A DNA stretch of 64,000 nt from Ruditapes philippinarum (lineage: Eukaryota). The position numbers were made by a program, and so were the translations under genes. The stretch is taken from the NCBI RefSeq assembly GCF_026571515.1, contig NW_026854296.1, positions 124,001-188,000 on the forward strand, read 5' to 3'. This document shows, piece by piece, positions 12,201 through 26,298 of the stretch; the first letter of the stretch is position 1, and the number at the start of each line of letters is the position of its first letter. The notes below the pieces were generated by a model. It did not search any database and had not been told where the DNA came from. It was given only the letters and a program-made list of their open reading frames with translations.

Positions 12201-15200
12201 CATATAACAATCAACAAAGAAAATCAATGTACATTACTGTAGTAAGGGGAGATTTTACTAATCTGAAATTCATAAAATATTTTGACTCTTCTTGAGGCAT
12301 GCAGCTTTAAAGTGATAAGTGAGATGATATCCTTGGAGAACATAATTTCAATTTCATATAGTTAATTATGACATTACGGGCACCTTAAGAACAATGTGTT
12401 ATATTTTATAAAAATATAATCACTTATAATCTGATATTTTTAAAGTCAAATGTTATTGTGAAAATCATTATTAAAATATTGTTTCTGTTTAAATTAAATC
12501 TAAATCATTGTTTTCTCTGCAAATTTTGTTTATGCTGTATATTTTATATGCACAGTTTAAAAATGTGTTAGATTAATTACTTGCGTTTTAACAGTATTTT
12601 GTGACGGCATTGGGAATATACATTTCTGTCATATTAACACATTCAGTTTCAATGGAGAGATATAAATATTAATTAACGGGAGCAGGGGGTCGAGTGTAAA
12701 GAGAATGATATCTTTTTTGATGCGATAAGAAGAAACTGCAGATTCTAGAATAAAATCACACGTCAGAAGGAGTATATTTTATAAAAAGAATATTAGAATT
12801 AAATGCCAATATGCACTGCAATGTATCTGTCCAACCAATCCTTCGTTAAATAGGACTTAAATAGGACACATTCCATAATCTGATGTTCTCCATAATAGTG
12901 ACAGTTTGCTAGCACATGGTACATTGACGGCTAATGCACAGACTGCTGATATCGGGGTGTCATGAAAGCTCATCATGAGGTGCGTACCATTAGTTTATCA
13001 ACCCAATCATCACGTGTAGATAAATAAACACCGACATATAGCGCTATTAGAATTACGGAGTTTGTTGTTATTTCTTAAAAAGTATTTTTTTTTTTATTTC
13101 AGCACTGTAGAAGGAACATTTATCACCTCGTTACTTACATCCGCCATTATATCGTATCGTACCATTTCACTGCGCTTAAAAAGTATGAACCACTATAATA
13201 CATTTGACCCTCTGATTTTCTTTGTTGTTTTTATTAGAAAAATATGTTCATGTCTAACGATATGCAAGTAATATTAGCCGAAACAAAGTGAGTCATTGCT
13301 AGTTATAGAAATGAACATTTTTATTCGGTTTCCGAGAAGACAGACATTCAGTTGTTTCAGATATCTGAATACCACATAGTCAGACAATCTAATGGATGAA
13401 AAATACTTTTTGTCAAAAAATACAAAATATTATTTAGTTAACAGATTATCTTGAAGATAAGATAAAGGTTAGTGCTGAGAAATGCCGTTTCAGAAATATA
13501 AATTAAGCTACAAATCACACGATCATAACATGTAAACTAACTTATTCATTTCATTTACCCAACACCTGTTCGCGTCATACATTTCTTATTTTGTTAAGAT
13601 TTATTTCTCGTACATTGAACCAACGTTTGCAACGTATGCGCTGAAGTTGTCTTCAATTTCCAAATATTTCTTTATAACAGGTACATTTCTTGCCAAGTGC
13701 CCGTTGCCTATATTTCATCTAAAATGAGAAGAACTGCAAATTGTGTTTTACTCACACGAAAGCAACGTGAAAGTAAATGTAATAACAAATATAGCTAGAA
13801 TAAGGTGGATATTATTTCTTTGGACTTAAAACAAGTATAAAAATAATGGATCCATTATCTAATGCCCTTAGAGTTGTATCACACAAAGCTAGTTTATTTT
13901 TGAAAACTGAAATACGCTTTATTTTCTCTAAGAATTGGTTTGTGAGTTAAAATTTGAGGAAGACATTGAGCAATCTGTTTATATTGTAACATAGAACATA
14001 TCATACCCTTTCTATCGATATGTGTTCAAAGAGGAAATACTTTAATAGCATTCTACTATATTTTCGTCACGAAAACCAACACACAAAAAAATATAATTTC
14101 ATATAAAATAACATTAAGAAAAATCCCTCCTAATACAACACATGCTACATTTGAAAGCAAGTAGAGAGTTAAATTTTTATTCACATTTCAAACCTTATCA
14201 GTCGATAACCTGCATGATGGTTAGTTAGCGAATGTTACAGCGCTCGTTTTGTAAAATAACTAACATGAAAAAACATCTAACAACGATAACATTACAAAAT
14301 ATTTAGAGATTCTTTATTTTTTATAAAGTAATTTCCTTATTTTTAAACTTATGTTAAAGAATTACTTTAAGTGCAAAAGCGTAAGGGCAATTGTATTAAT
14401 ATTTTGCATATAGGTGGGTGATCCCGAAACATAAAATAAAACATAAAATATCGAGGTAAAGTCTGCATATTGTTTAACAGAATACCAGAGAGAACTTTAC
14501 ACCTACTGTGGCAAGTGTTAACATTTTGGAAACAGGTAATTATCTACAGTTATTTTACGCCCGTGACACTTCACATCAATGTTGAATGTCTTGATTTTAA
14601 GACAAGACGACATAAAACCACTAGCTTTTTAACTTAGATTACAGATTACATATAATTCCAATATATCTCGATATATTTGTCGTTAATTCTATTTTAAGAG
14701 TTCTTATCAGTCTGATAAATCTGATAAATTCTGGCTTAAACTTTTCAACCGGAAAGTTTAGATGTCAACATAATTTTACTATAATTAAGAATGAACTCAA
14801 GGAAGTATTTATGTTTCTATCAGTCTTTATAAATAAGTTTGTGTTCATTGCGTTGTTCTTGCTGGATAGCTTTTCATTTGGTACTCGTGCAAATCTGATA
14901 AAAATGTGTAGTTCTATGAAATTTTTTTAATACATTTTATTGGATAAGAAAATCGATTATATCATGTTTTTTTTTAATAAATGCGGTTTGCATGGAGTCT
15001 ATTCATATATTTTAGAATACATGGGTCTGTTATCAGTTTTACTTACCATCGAATCTGTAATTACAAGAAATATGTTCACCATGTCTTATTGATTTTATAA
15101 TTGTATGGATATCAAACCAATTACTTGTCAATTGAATTTTAGCTTCGATACACAATGAAGCATTATTTTTTTATATTTTCCTTAATTGTTTTAAAAATTA

Positions 15201-18200
15201 TATATTCAGAAACGTGACCACTATGATTTTATGCACGATAATTGCTTACTATTGAAATTAATGAAAAAATACATTTTTATCAAAGATTGGAAAATTTGAA
15301 ACTCATGAATTTTATCAAATTCTTGTTGCATACAATTTGTTAAAGAAACAGATAATGAAGTAAATCTAAAATATGGTTTGTCGAATATTCAAATTTGTAA
15401 CTAAGCGATTACATTGTCGTTGTACTTACCACTGTGCCATTTTGATGTTTAACCTCCGGATCACGGCAGTAATACAATTTCAATTCATCAGGGCCAAGTT
15501 CAACCACCGCAATGTTCCTAGACAGGATGTCCAACAGTTTTTACTAGTGCATTGACGTTCGCAAGGATATCTGTACATGCCAGATCAGAGGTACAGAGCG
15601 TGTGAATGACCGTAGAAAGTCTTTTAAAACAAGATTAGTCAAAGTATGATATCTGCACTGTCCGGGAATCAAATCTTGGGTGCCTAATTAACAGTTCATC
15701 GCTTTTCCAAGTAAGCTAACCGTCATCGGATTGTTATTATGGATTTTTATCATCGATAACTATTATATAATTAAAAACCAATGAGCAAACTGTAAATTAT
15801 AAAGGAATCTTCTCGAAAAGCCATCCAAAAACAAATCAGTCGTTTCAGGACAATATTGCCAAACTATATAAATTACAACGTAACGCACTTATTTAAACAT
15901 ATGATTAATTCAAAAGATACAAAAAGGCTGATGTTCTACACAGCTTAAATAATCGAATTTGTCATTTGTAGTAATTTGAATCCATGTAAACTTTCATTTT
16001 GCGTCATATTTTAATACGTTATGCCCGGGTTGACTCGCTGTTGCACTTGAATGCATTTGTATATATATATGGACAACAGTATTGATTGTTTAATATATAG
16101 TTTCAAAGCATTTCACAATATTCACGACAATAATTATAATTAATGGTTTAAACGTTTTGTTTCATGTAAAATTATTATATTCATTAATAGTTGTCAGAAA
16201 GACATAGTTTCATGATTATAGAATTGTTCATCCAGAGATAGCCTTCTAGGAAGAAAATATAAAAAAAAGCAGTCAATATATACAATTCTGTTTAATCAAA
16301 TTGGATGCACTGTAAACAAATAATTGATCCCCTTGAGATAATAACTTGTCAACACTTTATTTACGTGAATACTTAAGGATACACACTTGACCAGATGTTA
16401 TTAACCGACATAATCCAAATACAGACTTTCACATTTGCAAGTTTAATGCTGTTAGAGAAAAGTAACATTTTAATTGATTAAGCCATTTTAACTATAAGCT
16501 TGCCATATATAGTTTGTCAAATAGGCTACGCATACACCTATTTGTAACTCATTTCGAAAAGTGAACTTTCGATTTTATTTTACCGAAATTTGTGTACATA
16601 TATGTATCAACAGCAGCTGATTTATTCATTGTTTTAATGAGTTGTTGAATAGGAACGGTTAACGGTATTAAGAATAATATCGTTATAGATGAGAATTAAG
16701 TATAAAATTAATGCAATAGATCTTAATAGGGGAATAAGACGCTTTATGAGACGACGCAATATTTACATATGGCCAGCAGGAGAGAAAAGAAAGGCATAAA
16801 ATTAGCATTTCCTTTGAGGAATAATGCTACACCATTAGCACGTCCATGTCTTTCCGTGAACAGCATTAATGCTAAAAGTATTAATAAATTAACAGTTTAA
16901 TTGCATTGCTTCGAGGAGCATCCATTATAAAAATTGACAACTAAATAGAATATGAAATCGTTGGAATAATTTACCAAAAACAAATTTCCCTTGCTGGTAC
17001 ACACACACAGTGTTACATTGTTCGACATAGTTAATTGATATAAGTTAAGCTTTGTGCCATTTATAAGTTAACATCTATTAATATCATTCTAAATTAATTA
17101 TTGTAAATTATATTTTTTTTAAAGATCCGGTTTATATCACTAAAAGAATGAAAACATGAAACTATCTAAAATTTATTTTACTTCAGAGATATTTCAAAGA
17201 TCCAGGGAACACGGAATATATTTAAATCATTCTAGTTTCTTTAGAAACCTCTAAAGTTATATATTTAAAAATTGTATTTCATTCACACTCTATAAAAAAT
17301 GGATTACGCGTTCAAGCATTGTAATAGAATAGGTATATAAATGGAATTGAAAAAAATAAGACATTTTCATTTACTCTAAATACTAAAAATATCAAAACTG
17401 TCTAAAAATTTGAAACAGTTCTTATTTATGTTTTCATCCGTTTTGCTTACACGTTGTAAAAGGTGCACTAAGACATTATCTTTATTCTAGAAAATATAAT
17501 TCATTTATTCCATCTTTTAAAAAGAAGAAAGGAAACGGTAAAAGTAAAAGTTTACAGAAAAGTAGTCGTCTGATAAATGTTTTTCTCAATTTATATTGCT
17601 TTAAACAATGCACGGTTATTTATTTTATCGATATCAACGTATTTCTTTTCACCTTATAGTTTATATCTCAATTCTGTATATTGCAATTTGAACTTAAACA
17701 ATCTCTTGATTTTAGCGTGTGTGACATACAATTAACCAGGCTTTCTGTACATAAAAAAATGAGAACACAAATGACAATGGACCGTCCAGTTCACGTATGT
17801 TTAGGTAGTATACGCCTAAAAGGCACTTACAAGAACTGTCAAAATAACACAATGATTTTGTTGTAATCCTTTCATACGTTATTTATTCCTTAACATTTTC
17901 TCAATTTCGCAGAATGACTGCGCAAACATAAACGCACATCACTTCACATAGGTTATAATTGTGTTTATTTTATGCAATATTTCTATATTATTATCCATAT
18001 TTATGTTAATGTTCCAGTATTGCCTACATGAATTTATGTCTATCTACATATAAATGATGCCACATCGATTAATGTATTCTATTATATTATTGGTGCTAGA
18101 ATTATATTCTTGTACATCTATTATTGTGTGCTGCAATGGTGAGTTTTATTTGCAAGGGGAAAGAATAATAAACAGGATAATTATGAACGGGCCAATTGAT

Positions 18201-20723
18201 CAAATACACAGCCCAAGCCGCGGATCAGAGCAATGGAAGTTATAATGACAAATATTTACCTAGCTGTTGTTGTATGTACGACAAACAGCTTATTTTCATA
18301 TGTTCGTTCACTGAAATTGAATCAGTGAAAGTATTTATAGCTGTGTGTTACATGAGTAAAAGCCTTCTGAAAAGTGGCTAATTTAATTGGAATACGTGCA
18401 ATGGTCATTGAAAGACAGGTGAATCTCTTTTCTTTGTTCGTTAAAAAGAATTATCAACAAAACACAGTCCATGTATATGAAGGTATAAAGTTTTCTTATC
18501 TTCAACTTTTTTATTCCTCAAACTTTGTCGACATTTATCAAAAATGTAAGTCATAAACCATAACTTATATATCAAGATCTTGCTCTGAAATGCTCTTTTC
18601 TGTAACATTAGACTTTTATCTTAACAAGCACGTAATTATTATCTGATGTTTTCCAGATTTCAGATATTTTTAAAATATCATTTCAAATCTCTATGAAATA
18701 TTACTCGTCAATAAATGTATCATGTGTTGAACCATAAATATTTCCTTGAACCTTCAAACGCTCACTTGAATAAATGGCTGGTGGTTCCTATAATAATATA
18801 GTAATGTTATAGTAATAAATGAGACAATAAAAGGTGAAAACACTTAAAGTTGATGGAAAGCCTTAGCATGCCTTTTAATAACCCGTTTATTGAAATAATG
18901 AAGTCGATGCTAACAGACAAGCCAGGCAAGAAACTTTGTTGATATTTCAATTATTGCTAGCATTATTGTATATCTCTCAAGTGAACGATTGTATTGATTT
19001 GATATCAAACCGTAGAAATCAATTACAATATCGTTATACAGTTTCCAAAGGTTGGTGGCGGCATTAAATGAATACTAAATTATCTTAATATATAAATTTA
19101 CCTGATAATTATAATTATTCTCAAAGCCACGTGCTATAGATTAAATCTTATCAACTTTGTAATTGCAAAATGCGGTTTAGAACATACATATTAGATAAAA
19201 AGTATATTCCTGTATCCTTATACTGAGGAGGAAGTCCTTAACTGTAAAATGTGGGCAAGCAGGAAATGTATGTGGGAAACATCTCAAAATTTTAATACTT
19301 TTTATTGGAATATGATATATTTTTATGGCATAATCTATATTTCAATGGCTTTTAATGTACAGATCGACTGTATTTTGGTCGGTTCTTAAAATGTTCTATA
19401 TAAAGTGAACAGACAAGGATATTTTAAAGCCATACTATGTTAAAATAACATTCCTACAGTATAATGTCAATACATGTTCACTAAAAAAAACCAGATCTAT
19501 TATATTAAAAAAATGACATTGTTTTGAAATGCCTGTCAATACCGTCTTGAGTTTTAGAATGATATATGAATGATATACTAGTATTTAAATCTAAAGTAGA
19601 ATTAAAAGTAGAATTACTTCCAGTTATTCATATATTCTCAAAGCTTGTATGCGATAGGTTTTACTTCGAATTACAAAGAAATGGGAACAAAACATTGCTC
19701 AATCTATAGCAAGTTATCCTTGAAGATGTCGTTCTGTGCATGTTCATATGCAAATTTTAATAAAAAAGGATTTGAATCCCGATTGAATGATAACTTTTGT
19801 CCGTAATGTCTATTTATTATGCTTATTTGTATGTTTTCTTCCAAAGCATAGCGTCGGAGATAAAATGGTCAGATGCTGATAGAAATGCGTATTTGCAGTT
19901 TATAAAATGACAACTCATATACCTAATGCATCAAACTGGACAATGTTATAAATGAGCATGTCTTAGTCATTGAATGGCGAAAACATGATTGTTTAATACC
20001 AAATTTGATAATTATGCTTTAGAACATTATTCACATGATATTTTTTTTCTTAAAATATCAATTAAATCTTTTCCTGACAGGTATGGTTTAAAGAAATATT
20101 TCAATACAACTAAAATGATTAATTATTCATTAATACCGTGACCAAATCTAAATGCATAATACAAAATAAGACATTTATCTCAAACTGACAAAGTGTGTCA
20201 TATCAAATGCCATAAAATGTCTCAGAGTAATAACATAATATCCAAATGAAAATTATGCAAATACGAGCGCCAGTATTTCTCAATTGTATGTCATACTAAA
20301 GTATGAAGGAATCGATATATTAACCATCTGCCCTACAACAGTTTCGTGTTATACTGAAATACTTATCAAAGAATATAGCTACGTTATAAACATAAAGCAT
20401 TGAGCTTTTAATTTTGAAAGACTTTTGCATACGCATTAGTTCAAATAATAACTGATATAATACATGTATTAAGAATAGACCATATAACACAAAATTTAAT
20501 ATCATAATGAACCTATCATGTCTATCACTCTACCAATTTGACAAAAAAAACACTGTTGCAATATAATAGCATTTAATTTTCACTTTTCACAGGATTGCAA
20601 GAGTGTGTTTTGAAGTAAATGCGTTTAGATGAATTATCCTTATTAATAAAATAAGACACATACCAGTTAATGTTATTAATTTCAATACCCGCATGTTGCC
20701 GTTCTATTAAGTTAGTAAGCTAA
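12201..20723 (+). repeat. Tandem segmental duplication, copy B (~8.5 kb)
   Basis: Same sequence order as 930-11074. It lacks four blocks present in copy A (~2185-2403, ~4658-5066, 6322-6678, 7985-8590), which account for nearly all of the length difference. Confidence 0.95.
15448..15730 (-). mobile_element. tRNA-derived SINE (family 1), chimeric single copy in duplication copy B
   Basis: Left part matches the SINE at 4404-4658. After TTCATCG (~15701) it matches the SINE at 4811-5094 and that SINE's flank. Confidence 0.8.
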
Positions 20724-22627
20724 TAGTTTTGAACTTAATTTGATGTTTAGCTACGAGTATTTCAGAAAATGTCATTAAAATGCTGCAAATGTTACATTGT
20801 CTTCAAATGAGAAAACAGTGAGAAATGAAATAAAATAACAAAAGCATCAGCTTATAATATACTGAATGAACTGGGTCTTTACAGAGCTGACTTGTTCGTC
20901 ACACAAAAGTATTTTGTCTCAGTTCTAGAAAGTGATCCAATAGTTAATAGATCTACTACAAATCAGAAAATATTGAGATGGACATTATAAGTTAAGCAGT
21001 TGTAAATGGCGCAATTGTAAAAGGAATGCTTTATAAGAAAGATATAGCCTTTTGAAATATATTTTCAGATAATTATGTAGCTAGTCTTATTATCAATTAC
21101 ACTTTTCATTCATACGTGTTGCCAGATAAAAGCTCCAAACTTCCTGTATGTAATTGAATGTTAACATTTAACATTTTATCACAAAAGCGTGGATGTTTGT
21201 TTTTCATACTACGTATTCAGATAAAAAGCACGACTTCTGTTTTCGCTTATCCGATTAATATATTTCATATTCAAATTCAAGGGAATTATTGGCTAATTTT
21301 AAATGTCTTTCACAGAATATATGATTGTTTTGCCTTTCAATCTAATGGTTGTGTCTTGTGTTTATATAACAAGCAAGACAAAGAAAAGCAATGTTCATTG
21401 CATTTGCGTTTATTGCTGCTTTGAAATTACATGTATATCCTTAGACAACACAATTTCAATTTCATTATTTCTTTATGAACAATATGCATCAACAGTCTTT
21501 TTTTTAACAAGATGGCATGTTTGCAGAAATTTTAACAGTGATAAACTGTTATGCAACTGATTATTATATTGATAATTATAATGATTTGCCTCATATGAAC
21601 CCTTTAAGCATTTTACTCTTCGAATTATTGTTTGCTATTTATTTAATATTTATGTTTAAAGAAGTAAATGCGTGTAACTATTACAGTGTTAGTGATGGCA
21701 AAGGGTATATGCCTTTCTGTATTATATATTATTGCAAGATGGAATGTTAGCATAAATATATATTCACGTTTGTTTTAGCGACTCTAACAGTATGCTAATA
21801 ATTCTAGCCGAGTCCTTCCTTGTTATGGAAATGCACATTTTTATCTGATTATCCTAGAAGATAGACACTTAATAACTCCAGGCATCTGTATTACATCTAG
21901 CCAGACATTGTTGGTTATTTCATTAATATTCATATCTTTATCAATAAATATACAGTGATAAACAGGGAATTGTTTTACCGACGTAATGTACATAAAACTC
22001 TTAACTTAGATATAGCAAGAAGAACGATTGTAATATTTCAAAATTAATCAAGACCAATGTATCATGTCAGTGTTTTGTTTTCCTTTCAGTTATTAATTAT
22101 CTTTCTTCTCTATTTAATGTGTTTATCATGCAGTCGTAACTAGGAGTCGATTTTCAGTTTTTATATGATGAGTGTTTTTCTTAAGCATTCGTTTTTTTCA
22201 AATAATCAAATTGTTGCATTATACGAATTAAACAAATATTATAAATATAATCATATCTTTTTGCAAACAATATAACATGCATACGTGCATTACGTTGAAA
22301 AGATAAACTTGATGCGCGTGTTGTAAAAGAAATAGAAATGATGAAACGTAACACAATACCATTTTTATATCATATCTAAACTTATCTTATTTCATCTGTA
22401 ATTTATCAAATCCGTAACCAGCAAGCATTGATAATATTAATTTAAATTGTGCAAAGGTATGCAACCAGTTTGTCTTTCATATTCTAACATCTTGATCTCA
22501 CGTGCATGAATTCCTTGCCGTATGTTGCTTATCTATATTATACCTAGACTGCAATATATGCAATATTAAACGGTATAAATCTATATCTTACGAATTATTT
22601 TAATAACTTTTATCAACAGTAAAATTA

Positions 22628-22822
22628 AGGGGAGCGTCGGCCTAGTGGTTAAGGTGTCTGCTTCGCAACCCAGATAGCATGGGTTCGAGCCCTACTCGGG
22701 TCACGACCATGTTTCTTCATATGACACCAGTACTGGTTGGTTCCAGGAAGCGGACTCGAAAGTGAATAATATAAGTTGCAAGAAATTGATTCGCAATCGA
22801 GCTTGAATTTATATGTTTAAAC
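22628..22822 (+). mobile_element. tRNA-derived SINE (family 2), full length
   Basis: A box GGCCTAGTGGTTAAGG, B box GGTTCGAGCCC, non-tRNA body. Perfect 14-bp TSD CAACAGTAAAATTA at 22614-22627 and 22823-22836. Confidence 0.9.
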
Positions 22823-24788
22823 CAACAGTAAAATTATATTGGTTACATGATTATATGGTTGATTCCCGAAAATGTTGTAACATAGAATAAACAGAATAAA
22901 ATGTTCCGGAACAAACATTATTTGGGTTTTATCCGTTTATCAATGATTTTGTGCATGCGCCATTCGCTTTTAAGGCATTAAATTACCATATTTATTTCAT
23001 ACACGCAGTTTGGAATTACACTTTTTAAAGTTCAAACAATGTTTTTTGCATCAGATATATAGCTCTATACAATTTTACACACACTTAAATAGTTTAAAAA
23101 AAGAAATGACAAAACACCCTCTAGGTTACATTATTGGTAGAGAATGACACCACTCTCGCTTAATTTACCTTAAGCTCTATTTGCTTGGTATAAAGGCATA
23201 GTATTGATAATACATTCTCTTTTTATATTGTGTTCAAACAATTGTTTACATAATAATAAAAATATAAGTGAAATGTATTTTTTCATTTATAACAATCATA
23301 ATATTTCATATCTCTCTATTTATACGTTTTATGTTTCGATGTATTAAGAAGAGGCTTTTCTTAAACTAATTTAAACAAGTAGGTATTCTAAAAAAATGTT
23401 TTAAACCCTCTTTAAACGAGTTTCAGTTCTTTTTATGTACTATAATTAATCGAAATATTTTATTATTATATGCAAAAGACGTTAATATCTACGGACGTTA
23501 TTATCATGACGGTTAGTTAAACTATAATCATGTTTATATTGCGATTTCTCCTTCGTGTCATTGAACAAGAAAACTTTGATATTCCTCGGAATGTTCTTTG
23601 ATTCATAAATCAAAATAACTTAAAGAAAGATGAAGTTCCTAGTAAAAACATTTCTGGAGATTTGAAACGATGTTGTACATTTATTATTATCTGGTCATGT
23701 TTAGACGAGTGTATTCGCTACGGTTACACTTTTGAGGACCATGGACAGGAGCATCGAGAACCTGTGTTTTTCGGTACATGGAATAGTAAGTGATCTGTAA
23801 AACTGTCACCAATTTTACATGAATTATTGAACTGCTAAAAACGTGACCATATGATAGCGCGAAATATAAAATTTAAGGATCAATTAAATTAGGAATAACC
23901 TATTGAAGAAAAGAAACTAATTGCCGTGATTTTTCTACTTTATAAAATCTCGATTTTACTGTTTCAAGTTGGAATAAACTTCAATATGTATTTGAAGATT
24001 ATGAAAACGATTTCTTAAAGATTCATATAATCATGATTTAAATTCGTATTTACGTTGCAATACTGCAGTTAAATATCTAGTTTGCATTAAGAATAAAGAA
24101 ATAATGTTGAAAATAGTTAAATGAAATATCTTTATATCATTAAAATGTTCACCGCAGGAAACCATTTTACAATGTACTTGTTATTATTGTAATATTGTTA
24201 TATACTGATGTTTGCTCCGCATAAAACGGTTGCATCCATTCTTTCTAGAGAGAAATTCCAATACCATGGACTAGCATCGAAGAAAACAAAATAATAACCG
24301 ATGTGTTTTTTGTAGTGGAAATAGTTAAGTTGATCATGCTAGGGAAAACGGATCACCAACTTTTACCATGAATAAATAATATGACTGGCACAAAGGAACA
24401 TCATATGATAGCTGGCAGAGAATATACAAAATATTTAAAGATAAAATTCAATATAGGATACCGTATTGACTACGGATTGGAAATGGAAATATATTATTTG
24501 CCAGAAAAGTGATTTTTGTTACTTGACGTTAATAAAGATCTCGAAACATGTTGTAACAAACTTGGAATTTCAATTTCGAATAAAGCATTCAATAATGTAT
24601 CTTCGAATGATCTAGAAACCACGAATTTCTAAAGATTCATATAATCATTGATTTTGTAATTTCGTGGACTTTGGAGCGTTGCAAGTACAGTGCAGTTGTT
24701 ATATCTAGTTTGCATTAAGGAATAAAATGTTATATATCTGTACTTAAATCAATTATATGTTGTATGATTTGAATTTTAAATATGAAAC

Positions 24789-24961
24789 ATGGGATGTACA
24801 TGCGATAAGATGTGGAGGCACAAACTGTCAAAGGTCGGGCATAAATACGACAGTTTAGATGGACCACCTACTTTGTCTGATGCGCAGAAAACTGCTATTC
24901 GGAATAATTGGCAGCTTTTAAAATGCAATGTAGCGAACATTGGAGTAATTACTTATGTCAG
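24789..24961 (+). CDS. Globin gene 1 (globin X-like, N-acylated), coding exon 1
   Basis: AAACATGG start context. Translates MGCTCDKMWRHKLSKVGH...LSDAQKTAIRNNWQLLK...IGVITYV, with A-helix Trp and B6 Gly. Phase-2 donor AG|GTTTGT at the B12.2 position. Confidence 0.9.
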
Positions 24962-25729
24962 GTTTGTATATATTTATCATTAATAAACATGCATACCTTT
25001 TAAGAGAATGAACTCAAAATGCCAAAGACGACTGTTTGTATTTATTATAATTATCAATAATCAAATTATTAATAAAAACGTGACTGTTTAAATATAATTC
25101 TGTTCCTTTTCTTCTTCTAAATCCGATCTAATTTGATAATAAGCTGGTAAGATAAAAACAAAACATCTTTTAACTGGAAATCCTTTGAATCAAATTGCTA
25201 AAATGTGACTTGCAAAAGTTTGACATTTACGCTTTAAATTAGTAATATGCATTAGAATTTGCTTTTACGTCATTCTGATAGATATTAGTCCATCATTGTA
25301 AAGTAAATGTGGAAGTACCTGGTATCTGAACAATTGTATTAAAAACCCTTTATGTATATTTCACGGCTCTTGTTTTCTTAAATTTTGTGAAAACTAAAAT
25401 ATATATAATGAATAGACAAAATATGTAACACGGTTATTTTTTTATACATTTACAGAAAAGCCAAAAAATGTTAACTATATAATATTTTAGCACTGAATAA
25501 TATGTTTAACAACACAAACTTTCTAAATCAAATTTCCTTTCATCGAATAATTTCAGCAACCAAAAACCTCTGTCAGATGTATGTATAAATTTCTTAAATG
25601 TCCGAATATTATCACATCTGTACATTTTTAATATTACTTTAAGTTTTGACAATGGGTGTCTTTTAGCTTACAGCATACGAGGCATGGAAGATGTTTTATT
25701 ATATCATTTTGGAAACATTCAATTTTCAG

Positions 25730-25955
25730 TATGTTTGAAAGTAGGCCAGAATTGTTGGAAATATTTTCAAAGTTTAAAGGGCGGGACCTGATGGAACTCA
25801 AGCGAGCAGGTTTACTGCGACAGCATGCACTTAGAGTCATGGCAACAATAGATAAAGTCATAACCCGACTTGATGAGCCTACTGCTTTGATAACTTTGCT
25901 CAAGGAAGCTGGGGCACATCATAAGCTTTACAAAGTTCCACAAAATTATTTAAAG
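25730..25955 (+). CDS. Globin gene 1, coding exon 2 (helices B-G)
   Basis: TTTTCAG acceptor, 226 nt. Contains C2 Pro, CD1 Phe, E7 His (QHALRVM) and F8 His (GAHH). Phase-0 donor AAG|GTATAT at G7.0. Confidence 0.95.
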
Positions 25956-26298
25956 GTATATGTCGCCTATCAATTAGTTTACTTAGTTCATGTTAAGAGA
26001 CAAACTTTCATTTAATAAGTAGAACAACACGCTTTTAGCATTTTAGGGAACATACGTATTCATATCACGTGACGATAAAACCAATATAACGCCATCATGT
26101 TCCATTTGCCAACAAGCTTTCGTTTGAAGTTTAGTTTTAACAATTTATAATGTTTCTAATAACTCTCCCGTATTAGTTTCAGTTGAAACTTTTGTTTACC
26201 TTGCGCGCATTTTTCTAATACGCCAAAATAAGTTTATAATTGAAATGTAAACTTTAAGTAAACTTCATGTTTATTATCATATTATTTTGTTATTTCAG

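Noticed and set aside
930-20723. Additional globin genes or pseudogenes in the duplicated blocks
   Set aside because: No globin exon motifs were found by eye on either strand. A tblastn search would be needed to exclude very decayed relics.
22629-22705. tRNA gene
   Set aside because: A and B boxes are present, but there is no proper acceptor stem or T-run terminator. It continues into a SINE body and is bounded by a 14-bp TSD.
25634-25903. Conserved antisense ORFs (also 41723-42073)
   Set aside because: These are shadow frames of globin exon 2. Their similarity is explained by the sense-strand conservation.
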